From: an uncultured Candidatus Saccharibacteria bacterium | GTDB taxonomy: Bacteria; Patescibacteriota; Minisyncoccia; Phycocordibacterales; UBA9973 | Assembly (NCBI GenBank): GCA_964634365.1 | Contig: CAZWJU010000001.1 | Span: 167,028-231,027, forward strand | Length of the DNA: 64,000 bases | Direction of reading: 5' to 3' | Shown here: positions 1 to 9,581 of the stretch, one piece after another | Position numbering within the stretch: the first letter of the stretch is position 1 | How the letters are laid out: each line of letters opens with the position of its first letter | Notes under the pieces: generated by a model | Seen by the model: only the letters and a program-made list of their open reading frames with translations | Told to the model about the DNA's origin: nothing | The model's database searches: none | Made by a program: the position numbers and the translations under genes

Positions 1-274
1 GTTTTTTAGCTTTTTCCATTCTATCTTCTCCTGTATCTGCGTCACCGAGGTTGTCTCCTGTAAGATGACCTACGTCCGTTAGGTTCATTACATAATCTAC
101 GTCAAAACCGTTGTATTTTAGAGTTCGGTGGACAATATCACCTAAAATATAAGTACGCCAGTTACCAATAGTCACATAGTCGTAGACCGTAGGACCACAT
201 GTATATAACCCCACAGTGTTGCCTGTAGATTTAAATTCCTCTATGTCTTTGGTAAGTGAATTATATAGTTTCAT
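1..274 (-). CDS. cysS: Cysteinyl-tRNA synthetase, N-terminal part (runs off the window start)
   Basis: The minus-strand translation from the ATG at about 274 gives [16 protein letters not shown]...[14 protein letters not shown]...[19 protein letters not shown], which matches the CysS N-terminus with an HIGH-region TIGN variant. There is no in-window stop, so it is absent from the ORF track. Confidence 0.7.
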   Translation of the reverse strand, partial: MKLYNSLTKDIEEFKSTGNTVGLYTCGPTVYDYVTIGNWRTYILGDIVHRTLKYNGFDVDYVMNLTDVGHLTGDNLGDADTGEDRMEKAKK

Positions 275-317
275 TGAGTCGATTATAGCCTGATTCTGTA
301 ATCTGACCAAATAGTAT

Positions 318-346
318 TGACTTTTTAAGCCTTTTCGCATAATATA
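318..346 (+). promoter_or_regulatory. Candidate sigma70-type promoter for rplU (TTGACT-17-TAATAT)
   Basis: The sequence ttgactttttaagccttttcgcataatat lies about 10 nt upstream of the rplU ATG. This region is divergent from cysS. Confidence 0.4.
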
Positions 347-356
347 TAGCTGTTAT

Positions 357-716
357 ATGGCAACAAAGAAAGCAACAAAAAAATCAGTTTCAAAGAGCGA
401 GGAATTCGCTGTTATTTCTACTGGCGGAAAACAATACAAAGTTAGCGCCGGGGATACTCTAACAATCGAAAAATTGCCTGGTAAATACAGCGCAGGAGAC
501 GAAATAGCCTTTGAAAAAGTACTCTTAGTAGATAACGGTAAAGACACAACTATCGGAACTCCTTATATATCTGGAGCGAAAGTAATGGCAAGCTTTATAG
601 AAAACGGCCGTCACCAAAAAGTTATCGTTATGAAATACAAGCCAAAAAGTCGTTACAAAAAGACAAATGGCCACAGACAAGAATTCACAAAAGTTAAAAT
701 CACAGCTATAAAATAA
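357..716 (+). CDS. rplU: 50S ribosomal protein L21
   Basis: The 119-aa product has the TGGKQYKV motif typical of L21. Confidence 0.9.
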   Translation: MATKKATKKSVSKSEEFAVISTGGKQYKVSAGDTLTIEKLPGKYSAGDEIAFEKVLLVDNGKDTTIGTPYISGAKVMASFIENGRHQKVIVMKYKPKSRYKKTNGHRQEFTKVKITAIK

Positions 717-745
717 AACCACTCAATTGAGTGGTTTTATTTTTA
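716..745. terminator. Intrinsic terminator (bidirectional; shared by rplU and convergent recR)
   Basis: The hairpin aaaccactcaattgagtggtttt is followed by a T-tract. Confidence 0.7.
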
Positions 746-1354
746 GTGCCTGTTACCAAGAGCATTTTTCAATGTATCACTATCTGCGTATTCAGGCTCG
801 CTTCCTGTAGATAGACCTCTTCCGAGTGAAGTAATCAGTATGTTTTTCTCTGTGCATAAATCCCTCAGTAAATTTCTAATATATGAATCAGTATGTTCTC
901 CGTCCGGAGTAGCAGGAAAAGCTAAAATAACTTCTTTTAGTCCACCGCCCGCAGATTCACTTATTGATCTTACCAGTTCACGTTCTCGGATGTGACTTTG
1001 TACATTTTTCTCGACAGGAGGTACGAGGCTACCTAGTATAAAATATTTACCCTTGTGTGCATGTGTACGCTTGAAGCTTTCACAGTCAGAATCTTTTTCT
1101 ACAACAAGTAGAGAAGTCAGGTCTAGATTTGTTTTTCTACACACATCACACAGACTTTCGTTGTTTTTTGCAAAGTGTATAAAACAAGACGGGCACATAG
1201 ATACGTTTGATTTTAAATTTGTTAGTTCTTTTATGAGCTCTTTTTTATATTCATCTGGAGCATTCAATAAAAAATATACGAAACGCCTCGCTTGGCGAAC
1301 ACCAATACCAGGGAATCTTTTGAAAATATTTGCGAGATTGTCTATTGGATCCAT
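743..1354 (-). CDS. recR: Recombination protein RecR
   Basis: The product has an FPGIG helix-hairpin-helix, a C4 zinc finger CPSC..CDVC and a Toprim region. Confidence 0.9.
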   Translation of the reverse strand: MDPIDNLANIFKRFPGIGVRQARRFVYFLLNAPDEYKKELIKELTNLKSNVSMCPSCFIHFAKNNESLCDVCRKTNLDLTSLLVVEKDSDCESFKRTHAHKGKYFILGSLVPPVEKNVQSHIRERELVRSISESAGGGLKEVILAFPATPDGEHTDSYIRNLLRDLCTEKNILITSLGRGLSTGSEPEYADSDTLKNALGNRH

Positions 1355-1372
1355 TTTTGTACTTTTTATATT

Positions 1373-2773
1373 CTAAAACATATCATTGTCGTCAATCTGT
1401 CTTGGCTTTGGTGGGGGAGTAAAACTTCCAAGATCTCCTTTTTCTATAGGTAGATAAGAACCGGTCTTGTCATCAAAATACAAGTCTACCTTGCCGGTAG
1501 GACCATTTCTGTGTTTTTCAATCAATATTTCTGCTAGGTTTGTTCGCTCAGATTGATCTTTGTATTTATCTTCTCTGTGTATGAACATCACAACGTCAGC
1601 GTCTTGTTCAATAGATCCCGAATCTCGGAGGTCTGAGAGTCTAGGCTTTCCACCACGAGATTCAACCGCACGAGAAAGCTGTGATAGTGCAAGTACTGGA
1701 ACATCCAAATCACGAGCAAGACCTTTTAGGGATCTAGATATCTCAGTAACTTGGTTCACCATCGAATCATAATTTTTAGATGTTGTCATGAGCTGTAGAT
1801 AGTCGACTATAATCAAACCTAAACCGTGCTCACTTTTTAATCTTCTTGCGGTAGCACGCATTCTCATAATAGAGTTTCCAGCTTGGTCATCGATAAAAAT
1901 CGGAGCCTTAGATAGCTTGTCTAGCGCGTCACGTAGGTTTGAGAATTCAGAATCAGCAGATAGTCTTCCTGTGCGAAGATTCCAAGCATCTACACGAGAC
2001 TCAGACGCGAGCATTCTGTCCACTAATTGTTGGGCACTCATCTCAAGAGAGAATATTCCTACTGGTATATTCTCTCTTGTTGCGGCCATACGAGCAATAT
2101 CGAGCGCGAGCGCTGTTTTACCCATAGACGGACGTGCAGCTAGAATAATCAGGTCTGAATTTTGCAATCCTGATAACATTGTATCCAAATCTTTGAATCC
2201 TGTTGGTACACCACGGAGCCCACCTTTTGTTTCGTGTAATTTTTCTATACGCTCCCATGCAGTAGAAAGTGTCTGTCTGATGCTTACAAATTTTTGTCCT
2301 TTTGGACTAGATGTAATACTGAAAATTCTTTTTTCAGCAGTATCCATAATATCTTCGATTGTATCGTCGGACTCACTAAAACCTAAATCTGAAACATAGT
2401 CGGCTGCGTCTATCAGTTCACGAAGTATATATTTTTTTGCAACTATGGACGCATAGTGCATAGCATTTGTAGCAGACGGCACAGATGCTACCAGTTCAGA
2501 CAAGTAACTCGCGCCACCGATATTTTCGAGCTCTTTTCTCTCAGACAATAGATTTGTCACTGAAACTAGGTCTATAGGCTGGTTTTTTGCAGCAAGGTCA
2601 AGCATCGCCTGAAATATAATCTTGTGTCTTGTACTATAAAAAGCATCTGTAGACAGAGTTTCTGCAATATCAATAATCGCTCCAGGCCTAACCATAAGCG
2701 AACCTAAAACAGCCTTTTCACTCTCTGTGCTTTGTGGTGGGACACGGATTTTATTGTCTTGTAGTTTCGCCAT
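1373..2773 (-). CDS. dnaB: Replicative DNA helicase DnaB (start probably the internal Met, MAKLQDNK...)
   Basis: An N-terminal DnaB domain is followed by a RecA-like domain with Walker A GxxxxGKT (ARPSMGKTA) and the DnaB signature IIVDYLQLM. Confidence 0.9.
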   Translation of the reverse strand: MAKLQDNKIRVPPQSTESEKAVLGSLMVRPGAIIDIAETLSTDAFYSTRHKIIFQAMLDLAAKNQPIDLVSVTNLLSERKELENIGGASYLSELVASVPSATNAMHYASIVAKKYILRELIDAADYVSDLGFSESDDTIEDIMDTAEKRIFSITSSPKGQKFVSIRQTLSTAWERIEKLHETKGGLRGVPTGFKDLDTMLSGLQNSDLIILAARPSMGKTALALDIARMAATRENIPVGIFSLEMSAQQLVDRMLASESRVDAWNLRTGRLSADSEFSNLRDALDKLSKAPIFIDDQAGNSIMRMRATARRLKSEHGLGLIIVDYLQLMTTSKNYDSMVNQVTEISRSLKGLARDLDVPVLALSQLSRAVESRGGKPRLSDLRDSGSIEQDADVVMFIHREDKYKDQSERTNLAEILIEKHRNGPTGKVDLYFDDKTGSYLPIEKGDLGSFTPPPKPRQIDDNDMF

Positions 2774-2893
2774 TGGGCTTGATTGTACCACATGAATTTT
2801 TTTATAAAATCCATAAAAGTGCATTTAAAAGTTAGTATCGTGTGGATTCTAAAATATTTCATAATTCTTGATATATTTGCTAAAATTAAGTCT

Positions 2894-3901
2894 ATGCAAA
2901 ATAACAAAACTATTGTACTAACAGGAGATAGACCAACCGGAAGGCTCCACTTGGGACACCTTGTAGGATCTATACAAAAAAGAGTTGCTCTGGCAGAAGA
3001 ATCAGACAAGTCTTTTTACATGATTGCAGACATCCAAGCTCTAACTGACAACGCAGACAATCCTGACAAAGTTCGCAATAACGTACTAGAAGTAGCGCTC
3101 GACAATCTAGCATGTGGCCTAAAACCTGAAAAAACTATTATGTACATCCAGTCAGAAATTCCTGAGATCGCAGAACTAACAGTATTGTTTATGAACTTAG
3201 TCACTTTAGCGAGACTAAAAAGAAATCCTACAGTAAAAGCTGAGATGCAACAGAAAGGCTACGGTGAAGACGTGCCGGCAGGTTTTTTAGCTTATCCAAT
3301 ATCTCAAGCTGCTGATATTTTAATTATGAAATCAAATCTAATCCCAGTAGGAGAAGATCAGTTTCCAGTTATCGAACAAGCAAATGAGATAGTAGATACT
3401 TTCAATCGTCTTTATGGAAATGTTTTTGATCGTATAAAACATATTAGTGGTGATACAGCAAGACTTGTGGGGACAGATGGCAACGCAAAAATGTCTAAAT
3501 CTCTCGGCAATTGTATATACTTGGCGGATAGTGATGAGACTATAGAAGAGAAAGTTATGGGCATGTATACAGACCCAAATCATATTCGCGTGGAAGATCC
3601 TGGTAAAGTAGAAGGGAATGTAGTTTTTACATATCTAGATATTTTTGACCCAAACAAAGATGAAGTTGCAGATCTTAAAAAACAATACGAAAAAGGCGGG
3701 CTCGGTGATGTAGTACTTAAAAAAAGGCTCATAGAAGTCCTAAAAGAAATAATCTCTCCGATACGCGAAAGACGAGAGCAACTCGCAAAAGATCCAAAAA
3801 TGATCATGGATCTACTTGAAGAAGGAACAAAAGAAGCTCGCAAAGTTGCTAGCGAAACTATGCGTGAGGTTCGTAGTGCACTAAAAATAGATTATTTTTA
3901 G
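2894..3901 (+). CDS. trpS: Tryptophanyl-tRNA synthetase
   Basis: The product has TGDRPTGRLHLGH (HIGH) and KMSKS motifs. The start was set at MQNNK (the ORF-track upstream extension looks non-coding). Confidence 0.9.
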   Translation: MQNNKTIVLTGDRPTGRLHLGHLVGSIQKRVALAEESDKSFYMIADIQALTDNADNPDKVRNNVLEVALDNLACGLKPEKTIMYIQSEIPEIAELTVLFMNLVTLARLKRNPTVKAEMQQKGYGEDVPAGFLAYPISQAADILIMKSNLIPVGEDQFPVIEQANEIVDTFNRLYGNVFDRIKHISGDTARLVGTDGNAKMSKSLGNCIYLADSDETIEEKVMGMYTDPNHIRVEDPGKVEGNVVFTYLDIFDPNKDEVADLKKQYEKGGLGDVVLKKRLIEVLKEIISPIRERREQLAKDPKMIMDLLEEGTKEARKVASETMREVRSALKIDYF

Positions 3902-3960
3902 TAAATTGACTTTTAGTAAAAAACTTATATAATGTGAGTAGATAAAAGCTTTTTCGTAAT

Positions 3961-5772
3961 ATGAATATAAAAAATAAAGAAAAAAAATTGGCTTTCAAGG
4001 ATTACAGAGACGGCATTAGAACAATCTGGCAGTTGATCACGGTGAAATACAAAAGAGAAATCTGGACACTTGTGATACTGTCTTTTTTTATTGCCATACT
4101 CGACGGTATAGTACCTCTCATATCTGGTAACTTCTTCGATAGACTCGTAGAGGTCAAAACAAATGCGAGCGCCGTATGGATATCGCTTGGCGTATTGATT
4201 GTAGTCACAACCATATCTTCTTTTGGTCAAAGATGGAAATACACTAAAAGCGACCTGGTAAACTACAAAATCATAACTGACTACCATGCAAATGTTGCAG
4301 CGAAACTTGTTCGTCTACCTATGTCATATCTAAACAGTAGACCGATGAGTGAGATCGAGCAAAAGTGCCAAAGAGCAGGGAACAATCTCGAGAACATGTT
4401 CCGAGATGTTTTAATAGAAATTCTTCCTGCTTTTTTAGGTATAATCGTAGCTTTTGTAACGGTCTTCACTATCAACACAACACTTTCGCTTATACTTCTC
4501 GGCGGGGTCTTGGCTTACATACTCGTAATACTGCAAACAGTGGGAGATGGTGCAAAGCTCCAACGCGAAAACCAGAAGCAATGGGTTAACGCATGGATCG
4601 CAAGATCAGATGGCTTGTACAATATTCCAACAGTAAAACAATTTGCTGCCGAAGATTTTGAAACAGAAAAAAATAGAAAGAACTTTACGGAAAAAGTCTT
4701 TGGTGCGCAGTTTAATCTCTGGAAGATGTGGAGCAAGATAAATCTCTGGCAGAAAATTATTATCTTGGTTACACAAACTATTGTTCTGTCTATGTCAGTA
4801 GGGTTTCTAAAAAACGATATTCTCTCTGCCGGACAAGTGATAGCTTTCAATGCTTATGTTGGTATGGTGTTTGGTCCGTTTTTACGCATGGGAAATATGT
4901 GGCGAACAATCCAAAATTCGATCATCAACGTACATGATGCAAACGAAATACTATCCATGACACCAGAAGATTATACGAAAGACAGCGCTGCTGCTAAAAA
5001 AATTAGCGGTGAAGTTGAGTTTAGGGGTGTCACTTTCTATCACGATGAGAGAAAAGTTATTTTGGACAATTTAAACTTCAAGGCAAAAGCCGGTTCTGTT
5101 GTCGCCTTTGTCGGTAAAACTGGATCAGGTAAAACATCTCTTACAGAACTAATATACCGATTCCACGAACCAACAAAAGGAGAGATCCTTGTAGATGGCA
5201 TAAATATTGGCGAATACAATCTAACATCTCTAAGATCTCAAATTGGAATCGTTCCACAAGAGCCTGTTCTTTTCGATTCAACTATCCGAAACAACATAAT
5301 GTATCCAAAAAGTAAGGTTAGTCAAAAAATTCTTGATGAAGTTGCTCGCAAGGCAGATTTGCTTGAATTCATAAAAGATCAACCTGATGGATGGGATACG
5401 GTAGTTGGAGACAGAGGCGTAAAACTATCTGGTGGACAACGCCAACGTATTGCAATCGCTCGAGCACTCTTGGCGAATCCTAAAATTTTAATTTTAGATG
5501 AATCTACATCAGCACTTGATGCAGAAACTCAGAAAAAAATTGAAGATTCTCTAAGGGAGCTCATGAAGGACAAAACTACTTTCATAGTTGCACACAGACT
5601 TAGTGCGGTACGCGATGCAGACAAAATATGTGTACTCCACAAAGGCAAGATTGTCGAAGAAGGAAATCATGAGGAGCTAATACAGATTCCAAATGGACGA
5701 TACAGAAAACTATATGAACTTCAGTACAGAGAAGCAGAGATAATCGAAGCTGAAAAAGTACTAGAAGAATAA
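3961..5772 (+). CDS. ABC exporter, fused permease/ATPase (MsbA/multidrug-like)
   Basis: A six-TM N-terminal half is followed by Walker A GKTGSGKTS, the LSGGQRQR signature and Walker B ILILDE. Confidence 0.85.
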   Translation: MNIKNKEKKLAFKDYRDGIRTIWQLITVKYKREIWTLVILSFFIAILDGIVPLISGNFFDRLVEVKTNASAVWISLGVLIVVTTISSFGQRWKYTKSDLVNYKIITDYHANVAAKLVRLPMSYLNSRPMSEIEQKCQRAGNNLENMFRDVLIEILPAFLGIIVAFVTVFTINTTLSLILLGGVLAYILVILQTVGDGAKLQRENQKQWVNAWIARSDGLYNIPTVKQFAAEDFETEKNRKNFTEKVFGAQFNLWKMWSKINLWQKIIILVTQTIVLSMSVGFLKNDILSAGQVIAFNAYVGMVFGPFLRMGNMWRTIQNSIINVHDANEILSMTPEDYTKDSAAAKKISGEVEFRGVTFYHDERKVILDNLNFKAKAGSVVAFVGKTGSGKTSLTELIYRFHEPTKGEILVDGINIGEYNLTSLRSQIGIVPQEPVLFDSTIRNNIMYPKSKVSQKILDEVARKADLLEFIKDQPDGWDTVVGDRGVKLSGGQRQRIAIARALLANPKILILDESTSALDAETQKKIEDSLRELMKDKTTFIVAHRLSAVRDADKICVLHKGKIVEEGNHEELIQIPNGRYRKLYELQYREAEIIEAEKVLEE

Positions 5773-5776
5773 ACCT

Positions 5777-5812
5777 AAAACCGCGAGTTTAAAACTTGCG
5801 GTTTTTTATTTT
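5777..5812. terminator. Intrinsic terminator after the ABC exporter
   Basis: The hairpin aaaaccgcgagtttaaaacttgcggtttttt is followed by a T-tract. Confidence 0.7.
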
Positions 5813-5819
5813 TAGAGTA

Positions 5820-5990
5820 CGATAAATATATCCACTGATCCGCTGACAACGGGGAGGAAAAGTCAAATATTTCAAGGTCATCTCGCTCGAAACGAGACTG
5901 ACGAAGTAGGGTGGCACCGCGTTTCAAACATGAATCGCCCCTGCGAATTTACAAACTAATGTAAGTTCGAAGAGGCGATTTTTGTTTCCT
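5820..5990 (+). promoter_or_regulatory. T-box riboswitch leader upstream of aspS
   Basis: The canonical T-box sequence AGGGTGGCACCGCG lies at 5908..5921. It is followed by a terminator hairpin (atcgcccc ... gaggcgat plus TTTTT at 5934..5986) that the T-box can pair into. An upstream GACAAC at 5845..5850 is the candidate specifier. Confidence 0.55.
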
Positions 5991-6007
5991 CTAGAGCTCT
6001 AAAAAAT

Positions 6008-7303
6008 ATGGTGAAAGCTATACATGTTTCTGAATTAAAAAATCATAGTGGTGAAAATGCTACTGTGCAAGGTTTTGTACATACACTACGTGTGCAAAGT
6101 AAAATTATCTTTCTAATAATCCGTGATGTTACCGGAATCGCTCAGACAGTCGTGGAGATAAAAGATCCGGAAGTATTTGAGATTGCAAAAAATCTATCGC
6201 ATGAATCAGTTGTGCGAATCAGTGGTTTGGTAAAAGACGTACCCCAAGCCCCAGGAGGATTTGAAATAGGTGTAGAGTCTATAGAAGTTTTATCAGTTGC
6301 AAATCCTGAACTTCCGATTCCAATTATTGAAAAAGGAAACGAGGAAACAGAGGCTCCAACACGTTTTGACTACAGATGGATTGATTTGCGCAAACCTGAA
6401 AAAACAAAAATATTTAAAGTTTGGACTGAACTTGAAAAAGGTTTTAGAAAATACTGGGATGAAAATGGATATACTCAGCTATACTCTCCATCTTTTATGT
6501 CTACTCCATCAGAAACTGGAGCTGAAGTTTTCGAAGTAAACTATTTTGACCGCAAGGCATATCTTGCTCAATCTCCACAGTTCTACAAACAAATGGGTAT
6601 CGCATCTGGTTTTGAGCGTGTGTTTATAGCTGGTCCAGTATTTCGCGCAGAAGAATCATTTACAACTCGCCATATGACAGAGTTTACTGGATGGGACTTT
6701 GAGATTGGTTTTATCGAATCACACCACGATGTTATGGACCAAGAAGAGGGCATGATAGTCGCAGGTTTTGAAAATTTAAAAGCAAAATTTCCAGAATTAA
6801 ATATAGAAGTTCCAGCTCGTCCATTTCCACGAATCAAAATGACTGAAGCAAAAGAAATCTTGGCAAAAGAGGGGATCGCAAGCTCTGAAGACCATGACCT
6901 TTCTCCAGAAGAAGAGCGCGCGATCTGTGAATATGTAAAGCGCGAGCGAAACCATGAATTTGTATTTATATGTGATTATCACAAATCAAAATCTGCTTTC
7001 TATCACATGAGACTTGAAGAGGGATCTGATAGATCTCGTCGCGCAGACCTACTCTTCCGTGGTATTGAGATCACAACTCTCGCTCAACGCGAACACAGAA
7101 TTGAAATACTTGAAGCTCAAGCAAAAGAAAAAGGGATGTCACTTGAGGCACTCTCTGACTACCTAAACTTCTTCCGTTATGGATGCCCTCCGCACGGAGG
7201 TGCTGGTATAGGCCCAGGACGTCTCATAATGAAGATTCTTGACCTTCCAAACGTCCGCGAAGCAACATATCTACCAAGAGATGTTAAGAGATTAAATCCA
7301 TAA
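6008..7303 (+). CDS. aspS: Aspartyl-tRNA synthetase, short archaeal/eukaryal-type class IIb (AsnRS not excluded)
   Basis: The 431-aa product has an OB-fold N-terminus and class II motifs FRAE and GGAGIGPGRL. GatB in the same window argues for a non-discriminating AspRS. Confidence 0.8.
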   Translation: MVKAIHVSELKNHSGENATVQGFVHTLRVQSKIIFLIIRDVTGIAQTVVEIKDPEVFEIAKNLSHESVVRISGLVKDVPQAPGGFEIGVESIEVLSVANPELPIPIIEKGNEETEAPTRFDYRWIDLRKPEKTKIFKVWTELEKGFRKYWDENGYTQLYSPSFMSTPSETGAEVFEVNYFDRKAYLAQSPQFYKQMGIASGFERVFIAGPVFRAEESFTTRHMTEFTGWDFEIGFIESHHDVMDQEEGMIVAGFENLKAKFPELNIEVPARPFPRIKMTEAKEILAKEGIASSEDHDLSPEEERAICEYVKRERNHEFVFICDYHKSKSAFYHMRLEEGSDRSRRADLLFRGIEITTLAQREHRIEILEAQAKEKGMSLEALSDYLNFFRYGCPPHGGAGIGPGRLIMKILDLPNVREATYLPRDVKRLNP

Positions 7304-7315
7304 AAATACAAGAAA

Positions 7316-8338
7316 CTAAAGGAGGTCAAGGAGTAAATCCTTGGCTTCTTTTAATTTACCCTCATCAAGATTTGATATCGTATCAGCATCTGAGTGATAC
7401 ACGGTCATAAGCTGATCAATATTTGAATAAATCGTAATCATTTTATTTTTATATTTATCAAATTGCCTAATTGGAAAAGCTAGATATATTATTTCTGGAT
7501 TTGAATCTAATTTAGGAGATCCGTTTCCTACACAATCTATGGGTATAATTTTCTCTGCAATATCAAAAAGATTCGAATATTTATCTTCAAATACTCTAAA
7601 ACCATGACCCCAATATGTAGGTCTGTCATAAGATAGTTCTTCGTTTGGGTCAAATACAAAAAGTGATTCTTTTATGATTTCTGGGTTCTCGATTATCGCA
7701 CTGAGTGCAACAGCGACACCAGAAGCATTATCAATCGCACCTACAGATATTGAATCGTAGTGGGCAAAGATTATATTTTTTGGATCTTTCAAATTACCCA
7801 CCAATATGTGAGCAACTTCTGTTTCAATTTTTTCTACTTTTACATCACCTTCAATATTTTTTGCATTTATTATTTTAGGTATATCTTTTTTTGATACTGC
7901 AATTGCTGGTGCAAAATAAAAATTTGAACATGAAATTTCTTCAGAATATGGATTAAAATTGATATTCTTGTTATCAAGGTTAAATCTAGACGGGGTTGTA
8001 GAGCTTAAAATACAAGACTTGGAATCAATCTTGCCTTCAGTATACGAGCAACCTTTACACTCAACACTTACTCCATCAACAACTAAAACAGAACTACAAA
8101 CTGGGACGACAGATTTAAATCTATCTAAGACAAAAGGGATACTACTGCTATTCAATGTATCTTCTATATATTTTTGAACCATTAAAAGATCGGCCCCTTG
8201 TCGATTTTTATACTTTACGATCTCTTTGATTATATCTGTTATATTTACCATAATTTTATATTTTAAATAAAATATTCCCCAGTACCAATAATAAGTACAC
8301 GGTAAGCACTGGGGAATACCAATAATTAAGAATGCCAA
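7316..8338 (-). CDS. M28-family zinc peptidase-like protein (start uncertain; may be the Met at about 8254)
   Basis: The M28 ligand motifs are present: AHYDS, GAIDNASG, NEE and YHSDAD. Confidence 0.6.
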   Translation of the reverse strand: MAFLIIGIPQCLPCTYYWYWGIFYLKYKIMVNITDIIKEIVKYKNRQGADLLMVQKYIEDTLNSSSIPFVLDRFKSVVPVCSSVLVVDGVSVECKGCSYTEGKIDSKSCILSSTTPSRFNLDNKNINFNPYSEEISCSNFYFAPAIAVSKKDIPKIINAKNIEGDVKVEKIETEVAHILVGNLKDPKNIIFAHYDSISVGAIDNASGVAVALSAIIENPEIIKESLFVFDPNEELSYDRPTYWGHGFRVFEDKYSNLFDIAEKIIPIDCVGNGSPKLDSNPEIIYLAFPIRQFDKYKNKMITIYSNIDQLMTVYHSDADTISNLDEGKLKEAKDLLLDLL

Positions 8339-9306
8339 TCGATAACTGCATCTGCTATATCAGAAAAGAACGAAACAGAATCTCCAGTTTTTTTATCTAA
8401 AAAACGAGATGTTATAGAATCGATCGCACTCGGACAATTAATTACATGCTTAGGCATACATAACATTTTATCATCAAGCGGTGGAACTTTCAGAACCAGA
8501 GGCTTAAATCCTGTACCACTTTCTATCAAGTTCACAGTGCTTTCAAAAAGCTTTTTAGCCTCACTAACCTGAGAAAGTTCGTTGTCATAAGTCTCAAGCA
8601 GAATCATAGAACCATCAATAAACCAACTAAAATACAAAGGATAATACCAATCAGAAATTGGACGATAATTTACACCCTCAATATCAACTTCTGATATATG
8701 CTTTTTCTTTGAAACTCTATTTTCAATAGAGAATACATAATCAGGTTTTTTTACTGATGAACGAACGTAGATCCTATCTAGATTTGATACGTCAACCAAT
8801 GCATCACTTTCACCAAATACTTTAGCGCGTAACCCAAAATGAAATTCCGGCAAGGTCTCTCCTGGTATATGTGAACTAGTTTTAATCATAGACAAAGGCA
8901 GTCCTGAATAATCCATAATTGACCCGTCGACGATACGCTCACCATAAAAATACAAATTCTTTTTTCTACCATAATCAGCCCATTTGAAATTTAAATAAGA
9001 TCTTTTTTCGTGATTATTGGGAGAAAAAGTATCGTCTAAAAAAGGCAGGGATAATAGGGGATAACCCAAAACATTGGCACCTATCTTGCAAGCCAAATCC
9101 TCTGTCCTTACAGAAGGAATCTGCCTACAAAGCGTCAGGTGAGTTTTATCTCCATCTAATCCAAAATATTTTTTAGTAATTCCGATAAAATCTTTTATTC
9201 CATAAGATCTTTCGATCCAGGAATTAATAGATTTGTGAATTTCGTCTCGTCTAACAAGACGGTCTTTAATAATAGACTCAAGAGTTTCTAATTTTGTGAT
9301 GTACAT
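8326..9306 (-). CDS. Uncharacterized protein, no recognisable domain
   Basis: This 326-aa ORF is coding-like and overlaps the downstream M28 gene by 13 nt, so the pair is likely an operon. Confidence 0.55.
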   Translation of the reverse strand: MYITKLETLESIIKDRLVRRDEIHKSINSWIERSYGIKDFIGITKKYFGLDGDKTHLTLCRQIPSVRTEDLACKIGANVLGYPLLSLPFLDDTFSPNNHEKRSYLNFKWADYGRKKNLYFYGERIVDGSIMDYSGLPLSMIKTSSHIPGETLPEFHFGLRAKVFGESDALVDVSNLDRIYVRSSVKKPDYVFSIENRVSKKKHISEVDIEGVNYRPISDWYYPLYFSWFIDGSMILLETYDNELSQVSEAKKLFESTVNLIESGTGFKPLVLKVPPLDDKMLCMPKHVINCPSAIDSITSRFLDKKTGDSVSFFSDIADAVIDWHS

Positions 9307-9327
9307 AAGACATGTAATTTAAATTGT

Positions 9328-9360
9328 GAAAAGAACAAAGCCCCTCTAATATCAGGGGCT
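9328..9360 (-). terminator. Intrinsic terminator-like hairpin in the 5' leader of gene 8326..9306
   Basis: On the minus-strand RNA the hairpin AGCCCCUGAUAUUAGAGGGGCU is followed by UUUGUUCUUUU, about 21 nt before the start codon. Confidence 0.5.
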
Positions 9361-9494
9361 CGTGTTTGAGTTTAAAAATATTTTAGCTATTACTAGTTAG
9401 GCAAAATAATTGAACGCAAAAATGAACCCCCGATTTTTCCTCGGTAATGTGTCCATTTAAAATTCATTTTTGCTACTATATTCATGTACTTCGG

Positions 9495-9522
9495 AGTATA
9501 CCTAGGGTGTAAATTTTGTCAA
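9495..9522 (-). promoter_or_regulatory. Candidate promoter TTGACA-16-TATACT (minus strand) driving a ~180-nt leader
   Basis: The reverse-complement of 9495..9522 reads ttgacaaaatttacaccctaggtatact. Confidence 0.45.
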
Positions 9523-9581
9523 TGTGTATAAATAAATCCGAAGCTTTTAATATCTAGTTTTTTAGCTTACAATAGCTCAAT

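Noticed and set aside
1-274. CysS HIGH motif reads TIGN rather than HIGH
   Set aside because: First-position variation of HIGH occurs naturally in class I synthetases, and it is not evidence of a pseudogene.
353-722. Minus-strand ORFs 353..547 and 525..722
   Set aside because: They overlap rplU antisense and have low-complexity products. They are spurious.
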